A stretch of DNA of 64,000 nucleotides from an uncultured bacterium (GTDB lineage Bacteria; SAR324; NAC60-12), in NCBI GenBank assembly GCA_964010765.1, contig CAXGMD010000003.1:4212-68211 (forward strand), in the 5' to 3' direction. Position 1 is the stretch's first letter. The number at the start of each line of letters is the position of its first letter. Below the pieces are notes generated by a model, which was not told the DNA's origin, ran no database searches, and was given only the letters and a program-made list of their open reading frames with translations. This document shows, piece by piece, positions 1-9,360 of this stretch. The translations under genes and the position numbers were made by a program.

Positions 1-282
1 CGAAAAGCTGGACCCGCAGCCGGATATGGGCTGTTGGTAGAGCTTGATCATGGGTCTGGTATTTCGATAAAAAATTTCAAACCCACTGATTACATGACAC
101 GCTACGGTCACTTGTCCCGTCTAGCGGTACAAGCAAACCAATTCATTCAGCGTGGAGAACTACTCGGCTACACTGGTAATACAGGGCGTAGCACAAGTTC
201 ACACCTACATTATGAAATCCACGCGAACAAACGACCGATTAATCCTTGGCGAAATCTGTCGCACTTCTCGATTTCTCGCTAA
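1..282 (+). CDS. M23 family metallopeptidase, C-terminal part (5' end outside window)
   Basis: Frame open from base 1: GYGLLVELDHG...TRYGHL...GNTGRSTSSHLHYEI, the M23 HxH zinc motif region. Confidence 0.9.
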   Translation, partial: RKAGPAAGYGLLVELDHGSGISIKNFKPTDYMTRYGHLSRLAVQANQFIQRGELLGYTGNTGRSTSSHLHYEIHANKRPINPWRNLSHFSISR

Positions 283-537
283 CTTTTGGATCCAAATTGG
301 CTTTTTCTTCTCCCTCTCTAGTAAACGATGACTCGCCTAGAAAAATCAGATTGTTTTCATATTCTGGCAGAACAGCGAATCCTTCCATACCCATCACCGA
401 AAAATATTAAACTAAGGTCTTGCAGCTAAGCCAAAAAAATGTTTTTCAGTGTGGCAGTCCTTTAGAACTAAATTGAATCTTCCTCAAACGGTGTGGTTTT
501 GATTTCACTTCCGTACTTAATCGATAACTGGAGTATC

Positions 538-1305
538 ATGCGATCCTATCCGATCTCACTGCGACTAGGTATTAGCACTCTCGTGCTGGGAACCTTATTC
601 TTATTACTTTCTCCACTGAACTCTTTTGCGATCTTCCCGATCTCTACTGAACCAAAAGAACAGCCCATCGCCTTCAGCCACAAACTACATGTTGGCCAGA
701 ATGGCATTGCTTGCCAATACTGCCATCTTTATGCTCGGCGATCACATTCTTCCGGAATACCACCTGTAAGTACCTGCGTTGGTTGTCATGGTCCTCATGG
801 ACAAGAGTTGGTACAAGCTGAGCACCCAGAAGTAGACAAAATGCGTGATCTCTGGGCAAAAGGAGAATCCATTCCCTGGGTAAAGCTTCATGACATCCCA
901 GACTTTGTCCGCTTTCCTCACAAACAACACATCAATGCAGATGCTGCCCGCTTCATAGATGGTGCGGGCAACGGCTGTGACCTGAATGCAGATCCTCGCT
1001 CCTTATCCTGTAGGGTGATGCTATTTCGAAATGGAGGGGACCAGCGCTGTCAGTCCTGTCATGGAAGTGTGCAGGAGATGGAAGTTGCCCATGTGGTAGA
1101 TCAGAATTTTGGTGGGATGGGGTGGTGCATGCAGTGCCACTTACAAGTGGAAGGGGCCATTGAGCGTAAGCGCGCTATGAGCACAATGGCAGGATGGAAC
1201 AATGCCAAAGATAACGATGCCCGAAGAGAAGCTCAAGCATACCTAGTCAATGAGCGAAACCACCATAACCCCAACATGCTCGACTGCTACACATGCCACT
1301 ATTGA
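538..1305 (+). CDS. actA: Alternative complex III pentaheme cytochrome c subunit ActA
   Basis: N-terminal TM, PEQPIAFSHKLHV-type motif, five CxxCH (CQYCH, CVGCH, CQSCH, CMQCH, CYTCH); start moved to ATG 538 behind GGAG; first gene of act operon. Confidence 0.92.
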   Translation: MRSYPISLRLGISTLVLGTLFLLLSPLNSFAIFPISTEPKEQPIAFSHKLHVGQNGIACQYCHLYARRSHSSGIPPVSTCVGCHGPHGQELVQAEHPEVDKMRDLWAKGESIPWVKLHDIPDFVRFPHKQHINADAARFIDGAGNGCDLNADPRSLSCRVMLFRNGGDQRCQSCHGSVQEMEVAHVVDQNFGGMGWCMQCHLQVEGAIERKRAMSTMAGWNNAKDNDARREAQAYLVNERNHHNPNMLDCYTCHY

Positions 1306-1326
1306 TTGACCTATAGGAGTTGATAT

Positions 1327-4314
1327 ATGAAAAAAGGCCTAAGTCGACGTAATCTCTTCAAATTCATGGCAATAGGTGGAACAACTGCTGTAGCAGCTGG
1401 TTGTGAACAAAAACCAGAAAAGATCATTCCAGCTTTGATTCCACCTGTCGACTTCGAATACATGCCAAATACTGGCTATCAGTATATGACTACCTGTCGA
1501 GAGTGTGATGCTGCTTGTGGGATGATGATCACTGCTCGCGAATACAGAGCTCAAAAAGCGGAAGGGAACCCAAACCACCCTCATAACCAAGGGGCGCTCT
1601 GTGCAAGAGGCCAAGCCTCCCTACAGACTCTGTACAATCCAGAACGACATGCTCGGCCCACTTCTGGGGGTAACAACGTTTCTTGGGAAGATGCTCAGAG
1701 TGAATTTGTAAATCTGGTACAACAATCTGCAGGTCAGATTGTCTACCTTGGTAGACCTGCTGTTGGTAGCGAAGGTAACTTTATCGACAATTGGCTAAAT
1801 GAAGTCGGTGGTGGAAAGCGTATTGCCTTCAATCTCATCAGTCGCGCCTCAGAGCAACGTGCTTGCGAGATTGCCTTTGGAAGAAGTGATCTTCCAGACT
1901 ACGCTTTTGAAAATGCTGAATTACTAGTCAACTTCGGTGCAGATTTCATCGAAACTTGGGGCAATACTGTGCAAAATGCTCGGCGCTTTGCCGACATGCA
2001 CGCCTACAATGATGGAAAGAAAAACCGATATGTCCACGTTGGCCCTCATCAGTCACTAAGTGGAGCAAGAGCTGACGAATGGTTGTCAGCCAACCCCGGC
2101 ACAGAAGCGATGATTGCTCTGGCCATGGCCCACGCTATTCATCAGCGTGATCCCCGTCATGACTTTCTGAGTGATTACCTATCTCCCTACTCACCGGAAC
2201 TTGTTGCTGGTGAGACTGGTATCTCAGCAGAAAAAATCCAAACTCTCGCCGAAGAATTCCATCAGGCTTCCTCTCTTGCGGTAGCTGGAGGTACCTGGAA
2301 TAGCAGTGAGCAGGCAACAGCTACACATATTGCTGTGTTCATCCTGAACGCAGCAGCGGGTAATCTTGGCAAAACTCTAAGATTTCATGAATCTGAACAA
2401 CCGAGCGAAGACACCTCTCACAGTCAAATCTTACAATTATTGTCGGATCTCAATGCTGGGAAAGTCAAATTACTAATCGTTGATGATTCAAATCCCCTGC
2501 ATACCTTGCCAGCAAGTCTTGGATTCGCACAAGCAATGAAAAAGACTAAGGTCGTTGCTCTTGCTGCAGGTAAAAATGAAACTAACCAGCAGGCAACCTT
2601 AGTGCTCCCGGCCCTCACTGCTTACGAAAGCTGGGGAGATGCCATACCAAGTCCTGGCATATTCAGCATTCAGCAACCGGTGATGGCTCCTGTCAACACG
2701 TTTGATGCACGAGCCCGTGAAGATGTGATGATCGCTGCAGCAAAGCAGATCAATCCACAGGCTTTTGCCGAAATCACGAATTATCGTGATTATATCTATG
2801 AACGCTGGGCTCAAGTTCATCAAAGTCGTTACTTTGGTCCATTTGAGAACTTTTGGATCAAGACTCTGGAAAATGGAGGAGTTTTTGAGGCACCACGCTG
2901 GAGCAGCGCAATCAGCCTACAAAATGAGGTAACCGGTGTTGCTTATCAGGTACCATCTCTTGGAGGAAGCGGTTTAGCACTCATTCCAGCACCTTCTGTC
3001 TTCCACTTCGACGGTAGCGGAGCAAACAAGCCTTGGTTGCAGGAAACACCGCATCCAATCAGCCAAATAGTTTGGGACTCTTGGGCTGAACTCCATCCTG
3101 ACACAGCCAAACAACTAGGCATTAAGGAGCGAAGTGTTGTTGAAATTCGTACACCACAAGGCAGCCTGAACGCTACTGTATACCTTAGCTACGGAATTCA
3201 CCGAGAAGCTGTTGCCATTCCGATTGGCCAAGGACATACATCAAGTGGCATTGTAGCGGACGGTTTTGGCATCAACGTAATGAACCTGTTGCCTGCTAAG
3301 ACTGATACCCAAACCGGCAATCTAGCATTCGTCAGCACGAAGGCAGAAGTAGTGCCGACCGCTATCAAGTCTTATACTGTCAATCTGGACGGTAACCCAC
3401 GTCAGTTGGGTCGCGACATTGCTGCAGCTACAACGGTAGCAGCTCTGACTAGTGACAAAGCAGGCCACGGAGGGGGACATCATCGTCCGAAGGAAATTGT
3501 TGAATTCTATCCGGATCGTTCTGAGACTGCGACCTACTATAAGCCCTACCGCTGGGGGATGACAGTCGACTTGGATCGCTGTAACGGCTGTAGTGCCTGT
3601 GTTGTAGCTTGCTACGCAGAAAACAACATCCCTGTAGTCGGTAAAGAGCGCGCTGCAGTTGGCCGCGAAATGTCCTGGATTCGAATGGAGCGCTACCTTG
3701 AAGGCTATCAGGATGAAACCGAAACACGCTTTGCACCAGTTATGTGCCAACAGTGTAGCAACGCTGGTTGTGAACCTGTCTGCCCGGTCTATGCGACCTA
3801 TCATAATCCAGAGGGACTCAACGCAATGATCTACAATCGTTGTGTCGGAACACGCTATTGCTCGAATAACTGCATTTATAAGGCTCGAAGATACAACTGG
3901 TTTGACTATGAGTTCCCGGCTCCACTAGATCAGCAACTGAACTCGAGCATCACTACTCGAGCAGTGGGAGTAATGGAAAAATGCAATTTCTGCGTACATC
4001 GTTTGACAGAGGCTAAGTATGCAGCACGCGATCTAGATAGAGATGTACAAGATGGTGAAGTCGTAACTGCCTGCCAGCAGACCTGCCCAACCAAAGCCAT
4101 TACATTTGGCAACCTAGCTGACCCAAACAGCAAAGTATCACAACTAGCCAAGAGAAAGCCGGATCTACTCGCTGATCCCGACAAAGAAAATCGTGATCGC
4201 CAGTATGAGATTTTCCCAGAAATGAACTACAAGCCTGCGGTGACCTATTTGCGCAAGGTCAACCACAAAGAGGTCGCAGGCTTGTATGGTAACGAACACG
4301 GCGCGGCTCACTGA
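1327..4314 (+). CDS. actB: Alternative complex III subunit ActB (molybdopterin-oxidoreductase-like domain fused to Fe-S domain)
   Basis: Tat motif SRRNLFK and lipobox AAG-C26; DGSGANKPWLQETPHP motif; C-terminal CNGCSACVVAC, CQQC..C..VCP, CVGTRYC, EKCNFC..CQQTCP. Confidence 0.93.
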   Translation: MKKGLSRRNLFKFMAIGGTTAVAAGCEQKPEKIIPALIPPVDFEYMPNTGYQYMTTCRECDAACGMMITAREYRAQKAEGNPNHPHNQGALCARGQASLQTLYNPERHARPTSGGNNVSWEDAQSEFVNLVQQSAGQIVYLGRPAVGSEGNFIDNWLNEVGGGKRIAFNLISRASEQRACEIAFGRSDLPDYAFENAELLVNFGADFIETWGNTVQNARRFADMHAYNDGKKNRYVHVGPHQSLSGARADEWLSANPGTEAMIALAMAHAIHQRDPRHDFLSDYLSPYSPELVAGETGISAEKIQTLAEEFHQASSLAVAGGTWNSSEQATATHIAVFILNAAAGNLGKTLRFHESEQPSEDTSHSQILQLLSDLNAGKVKLLIVDDSNPLHTLPASLGFAQAMKKTKVVALAAGKNETNQQATLVLPALTAYESWGDAIPSPGIFSIQQPVMAPVNTFDARAREDVMIAAAKQINPQAFAEITNYRDYIYERWAQVHQSRYFGPFENFWIKTLENGGVFEAPRWSSAISLQNEVTGVAYQVPSLGGSGLALIPAPSVFHFDGSGANKPWLQETPHPISQIVWDSWAELHPDTAKQLGIKERSVVEIRTPQGSLNATVYLSYGIHREAVAIPIGQGHTSSGIVADGFGINVMNLLPAKTDTQTGNLAFVSTKAEVVPTAIKSYTVNLDGNPRQLGRDIAAATTVAALTSDKAGHGGGHHRPKEIVEFYPDRSETATYYKPYRWGMTVDLDRCNGCSACVVACYAENNIPVVGKERAAVGREMSWIRMERYLEGYQDETETRFAPVMCQQCSNAGCEPVCPVYATYHNPEGLNAMIYNRCVGTRYCSNNCIYKARRYNWFDYEFPAPLDQQLNSSITTRAVGVMEKCNFCVHRLTEAKYAARDLDRDVQDGEVVTACQQTCPTKAITFGNLADPNSKVSQLAKRKPDLLADPDKENRDRQYEIFPEMNYKPAVTYLRKVNHKEVAGLYGNEHGAAH

Positions 4315-4346
4315 GCCACAGCTTACTCTCAAAACAGGAGATATTA

Positions 4347-5825
4347 ATGGCTTCCACAACGATTGGGGGAACGGTAACGGAAACCTCAAGTAATCGTCCT
4401 TTTCGCGAAGAAATCGACGAGCACAAGGGGCACCCCGGTATTCGGGCAACCACCTTCAATTATGCCCGGATCAATGATGATATGGTAGAGATGCTCGAAA
4501 AACCGCATCCTTCCTACTTCCTACTTGTTTTGGGTTTCCTCTCCGCTCTGCTACTTGGTGCAGTCAGCCTAGCGATACAAGTTGATGTTGGAATTGGGAA
4601 TAGCGGGATCAGCCACCCCATCGCCTGGGGCTTCTACATCACTGATTTCGTTTTTTGGATTGGCATCGGCCACGCAGGAACCCTGATCTCGGCTGTCTTC
4701 TACTTGACTCGAGCACCATGGAGAACTGCAATTTATCGTAGTGCTGAGGCAATGACTGTCTTTGCTGTAATGACAGCGGGGTTGTTCCCACTCCTTCACA
4801 CTGGTCGCCCTTGGTTAGCATATTGGCTGATTCCTTATCCGAATGAGCGCTACCTCTGGGTGAACTTCAAATCTCCCCTAGCTTGGGATGTTTTCGCGGT
4901 TACGACCTACATGTCTGTTTCTATAATGTTCTTCCTGCTGGGACTAGTTCCTGATATGGCAATCATGCGAGATGAAGCCAAAAGGAGAGGCAAGATGCTG
5001 CAGGCTAAAATCTATGCTATCTTTGCAATGAGTTGGCGTGGAACGAATCACCAGTGGGTCCACTTTATGCGGGGCTACTTGATTTTTGCAGCTTTGGCGA
5101 CACCCTTGGTTTTCTCAGTCCACTCTATCGTGTCTTGGGACTTTGCAATGGCATCGATTCCTGGCTGGCACACCACAATCTTTGCACCCTACTTTGTTGC
5201 AGGGGCAATTTTCTCTGGACTGGCAATGGTAATGACTGTGCTCATTCCAGTAAGGGTGGTGTTCCGATTGGAGGACTACATCAGCTACCACGTAGTCAAC
5301 AAAGTTTGTCAGGTGATCCTGTTCACCTCGATGATTGTAGGGTATGCCTATGCGACCGAGTTCTTCATCGCTTGGTACAGTGGTAGTCCCTATGAACGTG
5401 CCGTCTTCTACTTCAGGCCATTTGGACACATGGCCACTTGGTCACTCACCGGTGATCAACCCGTCTCTTTTCCACTTTTAGCCTTCTACTTGATGGTCTT
5501 CTGTAACGTCATCGCCCCCATTCCTCTGTGGCGTAAAAAAGTTCGCAATAACTTGGTCGCAGTTTGGATCATTTGTGGTCTGATCAACGTCGGTATGTGG
5601 TTTGAGCGATTCAATATAGTTGGTAGCTCACTGCAGCGTGATTTTCATCCATACAACTGGGGAGAATACTGGCCAACTTTGGTGGAAGTCGGTATCACAA
5701 TCGGAAGCTTCGGCTTCTTCTTCATGCTGTTTAGTCTATTCGTAAAAGCTTTACCGCCGATGGCAATCATGGAATTGAAAGAGGCAGCTGAGCCTCCAAT
5801 GAGAAAGGAACATCATGAGCACTAA
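4347..5825 (+). CDS. actC: Alternative complex III quinol-binding membrane subunit ActC (NrfD/PsrC family)
   Basis: WGFYITDFVFWIGIGHAGTLISA, HTGRPW, HSIVSWDFA, PGWHTTIFAPYFVAGAIFSG; polytopic. Confidence 0.95.
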   Translation: MASTTIGGTVTETSSNRPFREEIDEHKGHPGIRATTFNYARINDDMVEMLEKPHPSYFLLVLGFLSALLLGAVSLAIQVDVGIGNSGISHPIAWGFYITDFVFWIGIGHAGTLISAVFYLTRAPWRTAIYRSAEAMTVFAVMTAGLFPLLHTGRPWLAYWLIPYPNERYLWVNFKSPLAWDVFAVTTYMSVSIMFFLLGLVPDMAIMRDEAKRRGKMLQAKIYAIFAMSWRGTNHQWVHFMRGYLIFAALATPLVFSVHSIVSWDFAMASIPGWHTTIFAPYFVAGAIFSGLAMVMTVLIPVRVVFRLEDYISYHVVNKVCQVILFTSMIVGYAYATEFFIAWYSGSPYERAVFYFRPFGHMATWSLTGDQPVSFPLLAFYLMVFCNVIAPIPLWRKKVRNNLVAVWIICGLINVGMWFERFNIVGSSLQRDFHPYNWGEYWPTLVEVGITIGSFGFFFMLFSLFVKALPPMAIMELKEAAEPPMRKEHHEH

Positions 5826-6339
5826 GTTCTCAGGAGTCTGGGGAACTTTTGAATACCTAGATGACACTACAGAAGCAATTGAAGAATTGAGAAAAAAAGG
5901 TGTTGAGCCGACCGTACTTTCACCCTGTCCTCGTCATGAAATCGATCATGCGTTGGGTGAACCGCAGAGTCCCGTTCCGTTTATCTCTCTCTTTTTCGGA
6001 GCGCTAGGCTGCCTGATTGGCTACAGCCTACCAGCTTGGACCGCTTCGGATTGGGTACTTCCTGTGGGAGGAAAGCCGATTGTGGCGATTGCACCATTCA
6101 CTGTCATCGGGTTTGAGATGACAATTCTTCATGCCGCCATTTTTACACTGCTTGGGTTGACGATTTTGATCATTATCGACTCACTAAAAAATCCAATTCC
6201 TAAAGCAGCTCAAGAGTACTTACGCTTCCAGCGAGATCGCTTCGGAATCGTCGTGCGCTGTGAAGCTTCGCAATACACACTCTACGAAGATTTGTTAAAA
6301 AAATATCAAGCAGAGGAGGTTTATGTTGAGAAAGGCTAA
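5815..6339 (+). CDS. actD: Alternative complex III subunit ActD (DUF3341)
   Basis: SPCPRHEIDHALG, two TMs, VGGKP...FEMTIL; overlaps actC stop. Confidence 0.9.
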   Translation: MSTKFSGVWGTFEYLDDTTEAIEELRKKGVEPTVLSPCPRHEIDHALGEPQSPVPFISLFFGALGCLIGYSLPAWTASDWVLPVGGKPIVAIAPFTVIGFEMTILHAAIFTLLGLTILIIIDSLKNPIPKAAQEYLRFQRDRFGIVVRCEASQYTLYEDLLKKYQAEEVYVEKG

Positions 6340-7000
6340 GGTACGCCTGATTACTACGACCTTTGCGATGTTGGCTCTGGGTGGAGTAGTCTTGGCTGTT
6401 GACAACTATCCCTACTTCGATCCGAAGGATACGGGTTATGGAATCACCAATGATGACAAGCCTTGGTTTGATGGAAAGGACTACCCATTCTATCGAGACA
6501 TGTACGATGGGAAGAGCCTAAAACCAATGGAAGAGGGAAGCTACGAACAGTTTCCACAAGATTCGGTACCCGTCAAAATTTCCCTAAACAAGATTCAGCG
6601 CATTTACGATCCGTTCATCCCTGCAATTGCAGGAGATGGCGCAGGAAAAGCAGGACATCCGCGAGAATACTTTCCAAAAAATCCAGGACAACCTACCGCA
6701 ATGTCTGTTGCTAGAGGGCAAGTCCTCTACGACACCTACTGCGCTGCCTGTCATGGTACAGACGGATTGGCCAAGACCGTTGTAGTTGAAAAAGGAGTCC
6801 CCGCACCAGCAATTGATCAGATGGTAAAGAATCCTGAGTGGGGCCCTCACCTCTATAACAAGATCAAGTACGGCAGTTTCTTTCAGGAACCTCGTGGCTA
6901 CATGCCTGCCTATGGAGCCCAGACTTCAGTGCAAGACCGTTGGGATATGGTCAATTACATGATGAGCGACGCGTTTGGAAAAGGAGCCATGGTGCAATGA
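6323..7000 (+). CDS. actE: Alternative complex III monoheme cytochrome c ActE
   Basis: Single CAACH, MPAY axial Met, DRWDMVNY; GAGGAGG RBS; position between actD and actF. Confidence 0.88.
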   Translation: MLRKAKVRLITTTFAMLALGGVVLAVDNYPYFDPKDTGYGITNDDKPWFDGKDYPFYRDMYDGKSLKPMEEGSYEQFPQDSVPVKISLNKIQRIYDPFIPAIAGDGAGKAGHPREYFPKNPGQPTAMSVARGQVLYDTYCAACHGTDGLAKTVVVEKGVPAPAIDQMVKNPEWGPHLYNKIKYGSFFQEPRGYMPAYGAQTSVQDRWDMVNYMMSDAFGKGAMVQ

Positions 7001-8277
7001 AAGAGATTATCGAACACTCTCAGATTGAACTGCCCAAGAGTTTGAAGACGGTACTCTGGGCCTTTGTACTGCTCGGTGCAGGCATGTTTGTGATTGGCCT
7101 AGCAACTGGTAATGAGGAAGGAATCACACGTACTTGGCAGACTCTGCTAATCAACGTGATGTTTTGGGGAGGGATTGCACAAGCTGGCGTGATTCTCTCC
7201 GTAATCTGGCAGATTACAGATGCCAAATGGGGACGTCCTTTCAAACGACTTGCAGAAGCCTGTGCTGCTTTCCTGCCTGTTGCCTTCGTGATGTTTATTC
7301 TAGTGTTCTTCGGGAGCACTGTTCTTTACGAATGGACACACACCCCATTCATGCACCACGGAGTAGCTGTCAAAGCTGGTTGGTTGAATATTGAATTCTT
7401 TGTCATCCGCAATATTTTCTGGCTACTCTTGCTTTATGGAATCTCATATTGGTTCGTTGTGACGTCGATCAAGCCAGATTTGGGACTTGCCCGACGGATT
7501 ATGGGCTCTCGCTGGGGTGGAGCACTGGCTGACAGATTATTAGACGGATACGGAGATCAGGAAGACGAAGTCACTCGACTGAACCAACTATCCTCACGCC
7601 TTGCACCCGCACTGGCTTTGCTCTATGCAATCGCTGGTTCGTTTTTGGTATGGGATTTCGTGATGACACTTGATCAAGAATGGTTCAGTACACTTTTTGG
7701 TGTATTCTTCTTGATTGGGAGTTTACAAGCAACAATGGGCATTCTGATCGCCATAGCTGTAACCGTTCGAAATCACTCAAAAGTCCTTGCAGAATACATC
7801 ACCATCAACAGATTGCATGATCTGACAAAATTGGTCTTTGCATTCTCGTTGCTTTGGACGTACATGGCCTTTTCACAATACATTGTGATTTGGTATGCAG
7901 ATCTTCCCGAAGAAACACCATACTTGGTAATTCGGTCACAAACAGAACCTTGGTCAACTCTATTTTTGGTTCTGTTCTTATGGCTCTTTGTGTCTGTTTT
8001 CCTGGGATTGATGCCTAAAACTTTGTGTCGCACTCCCAATTATATCAGATTCATGGGAATCTACGTCGCGATTGGACAATGGTTGGCTGTTTACATGATG
8101 GTCGTTCCTTCACTGCAACACTTCGGGCACTATCACATTCTGCTCGGATTCCATGAGTTACTAATCACTCTGGGCTTCGGCGGAGCTTTCTTCCTCTGCT
8201 ACGTTGCTTTCTTGGAGCAGGTACCACTGCTGCCCATTTCAGACAAGCATCTGTGCAAGTCTTGGCACGGTCACTGA
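6997..8277 (+). CDS. actF: Alternative complex III membrane subunit ActF
   Basis: DQEWFSTLFG, LHDLTKL, WTYMAFSQYIVIWYADLPEET; start set at ATGA overlap with actE stop. Confidence 0.92.
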   Translation: MKEIIEHSQIELPKSLKTVLWAFVLLGAGMFVIGLATGNEEGITRTWQTLLINVMFWGGIAQAGVILSVIWQITDAKWGRPFKRLAEACAAFLPVAFVMFILVFFGSTVLYEWTHTPFMHHGVAVKAGWLNIEFFVIRNIFWLLLLYGISYWFVVTSIKPDLGLARRIMGSRWGGALADRLLDGYGDQEDEVTRLNQLSSRLAPALALLYAIAGSFLVWDFVMTLDQEWFSTLFGVFFLIGSLQATMGILIAIAVTVRNHSKVLAEYITINRLHDLTKLVFAFSLLWTYMAFSQYIVIWYADLPEETPYLVIRSQTEPWSTLFLVLFLWLFVSVFLGLMPKTLCRTPNYIRFMGIYVAIGQWLAVYMMVVPSLQHFGHYHILLGFHELLITLGFGGAFFLCYVAFLEQVPLLPISDKHLCKSWHGH

Positions 8278-8283
8278 TTCACC

Positions 8284-8316
8284 AAAAAAAGGCTTTCAGG
8301 ATCCACTGGAAGCCTT
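8284..8316 (-). terminator. Rho-independent terminator of the minus-strand TerB-like gene (may also end the act transcript)
   Basis: Stem AAGGCTTTCAG/CTGGAAGCCTT with 6-nt loop; A7 on + strand gives U7 after the hairpin on - strand. Confidence 0.75.
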
Positions 8317-8318
8317 CC

Positions 8319-9032
8319 TCACTTTCCTTTCTCCCTAGTTGAAATTCCGAGTAACTGCAGCAATCCATGATCATCCCGCAGTGTCTGGGTGAACTCAAAC
8401 CGTAGCAGAAAGCTTTTGGAATCCTTCACATGCTGGTGTGTACTAATCACCCGACCACTCAGAGAAGAGTACCAATCTTTTTCAATATCTGGATCTGCAT
8501 CTGGGAACTGCTGCAGGCTCAATGAACCGTGTGCACCCTTAACCACGGGACGATGATAACGAAATGTTGCTCGTTCCAAGTTGATCTGCTGGAGAGCAAC
8601 AATCCGTGCTTCCTCACCCAGCCTTGCAACGGCTCGAGGACAGCGATCCTCCATCTCACGCCGTGCAGTTTTCCAGAGTTTCTCAAGGGCCTTATCTGGT
8701 AAGCCAAGTCGATGGCCGACCTCATAAAAGAAATTTATTTCACTCGGAAGTAGACGACCGTCTACAATCATGATGCCGGCCAGTAGCTTCAGTATCTCAA
8801 ACGCCAGTTCTCCATCCAACTGAATTGAATGGACTCGAACTTTCCTTTCCAACCTAGCCACCGAAAGTAATTTCTCTTTGAGTTCCTGGCTCTCAGCCAA
8901 CTCCATTGCCTTCTGCAGGTAGGGAAGTTCTGCATCATCTACTTTACCGTCAATCGTGATAATGCCGACCATTACTTCTGCCAGCCAGTTTCTCTGCTTT
9001 GAGTCCAAATCTTGGACTACGGCAAAATTCAT
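8319..9032 (-). CDS. TerB-like domain plus beta-rich (PilZ-like?) domain protein; paralog of 50143-51663
   Basis: IDGKVDDAEL and VDGRLLPSE TerB-type repeats; GGAGG RBS; aligns without gaps to N-terminus of 50143-51663. Confidence 0.8.
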   Translation of the reverse strand: MNFAVVQDLDSKQRNWLAEVMVGIITIDGKVDDAELPYLQKAMELAESQELKEKLLSVARLERKVRVHSIQLDGELAFEILKLLAGIMIVDGRLLPSEINFFYEVGHRLGLPDKALEKLWKTARREMEDRCPRAVARLGEEARIVALQQINLERATFRYHRPVVKGAHGSLSLQQFPDADPDIEKDWYSSLSGRVISTHQHVKDSKSFLLRFEFTQTLRDDHGLLQLLGISTREKGK

Positions 9033-9360
9033 TGCTTCCTCCGAAAACCATCTGATTTCGCACTTCTAGTTCCCCTCAATTCGTTGCAAGGGGTATGGCA
9101 TGTCAGACGATTACATTCAGGATTTCTGACACGTGGGTGATGATTCGTCTTAGCTCTGCCAGTTCATGCTCTTCTCAGAATTTAACGAAAACATGCGGCA
9201 TCTTTGAAAGAAAATTGCACCTGACATGAATTGACCAACTTGCTCATCAGCCAACCGCACAGTATCTTTCAAAAGTTCTATCACTCCATTACTTCCATAA
9301 ATTGACCTAGGACCATTCAAGATCAAAATCTCATTTCATTGCCCTGTTTGTAACTCACTC

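Noticed and set aside
30-50. TGGTAGAGC resembling a tRNA D-arm
   Set aside because: Inside the M23 coding frame; no T-loop or acceptor stem nearby.
3322-3804. Long antisense and alternate-frame ORFs (this one and many of 60-160 aa in the track)
   Set aside because: They shadow well-supported genes, lack RBS and motifs.
9100-9290. Protein-like minus-strand fragments (IELLKDTVRLADEQ..., EEHELAELRRII...) upstream of the TerB-like gene
   Set aside because: Different frames with stops; no family recognised, so neither a gene nor a pseudogene can be supported.
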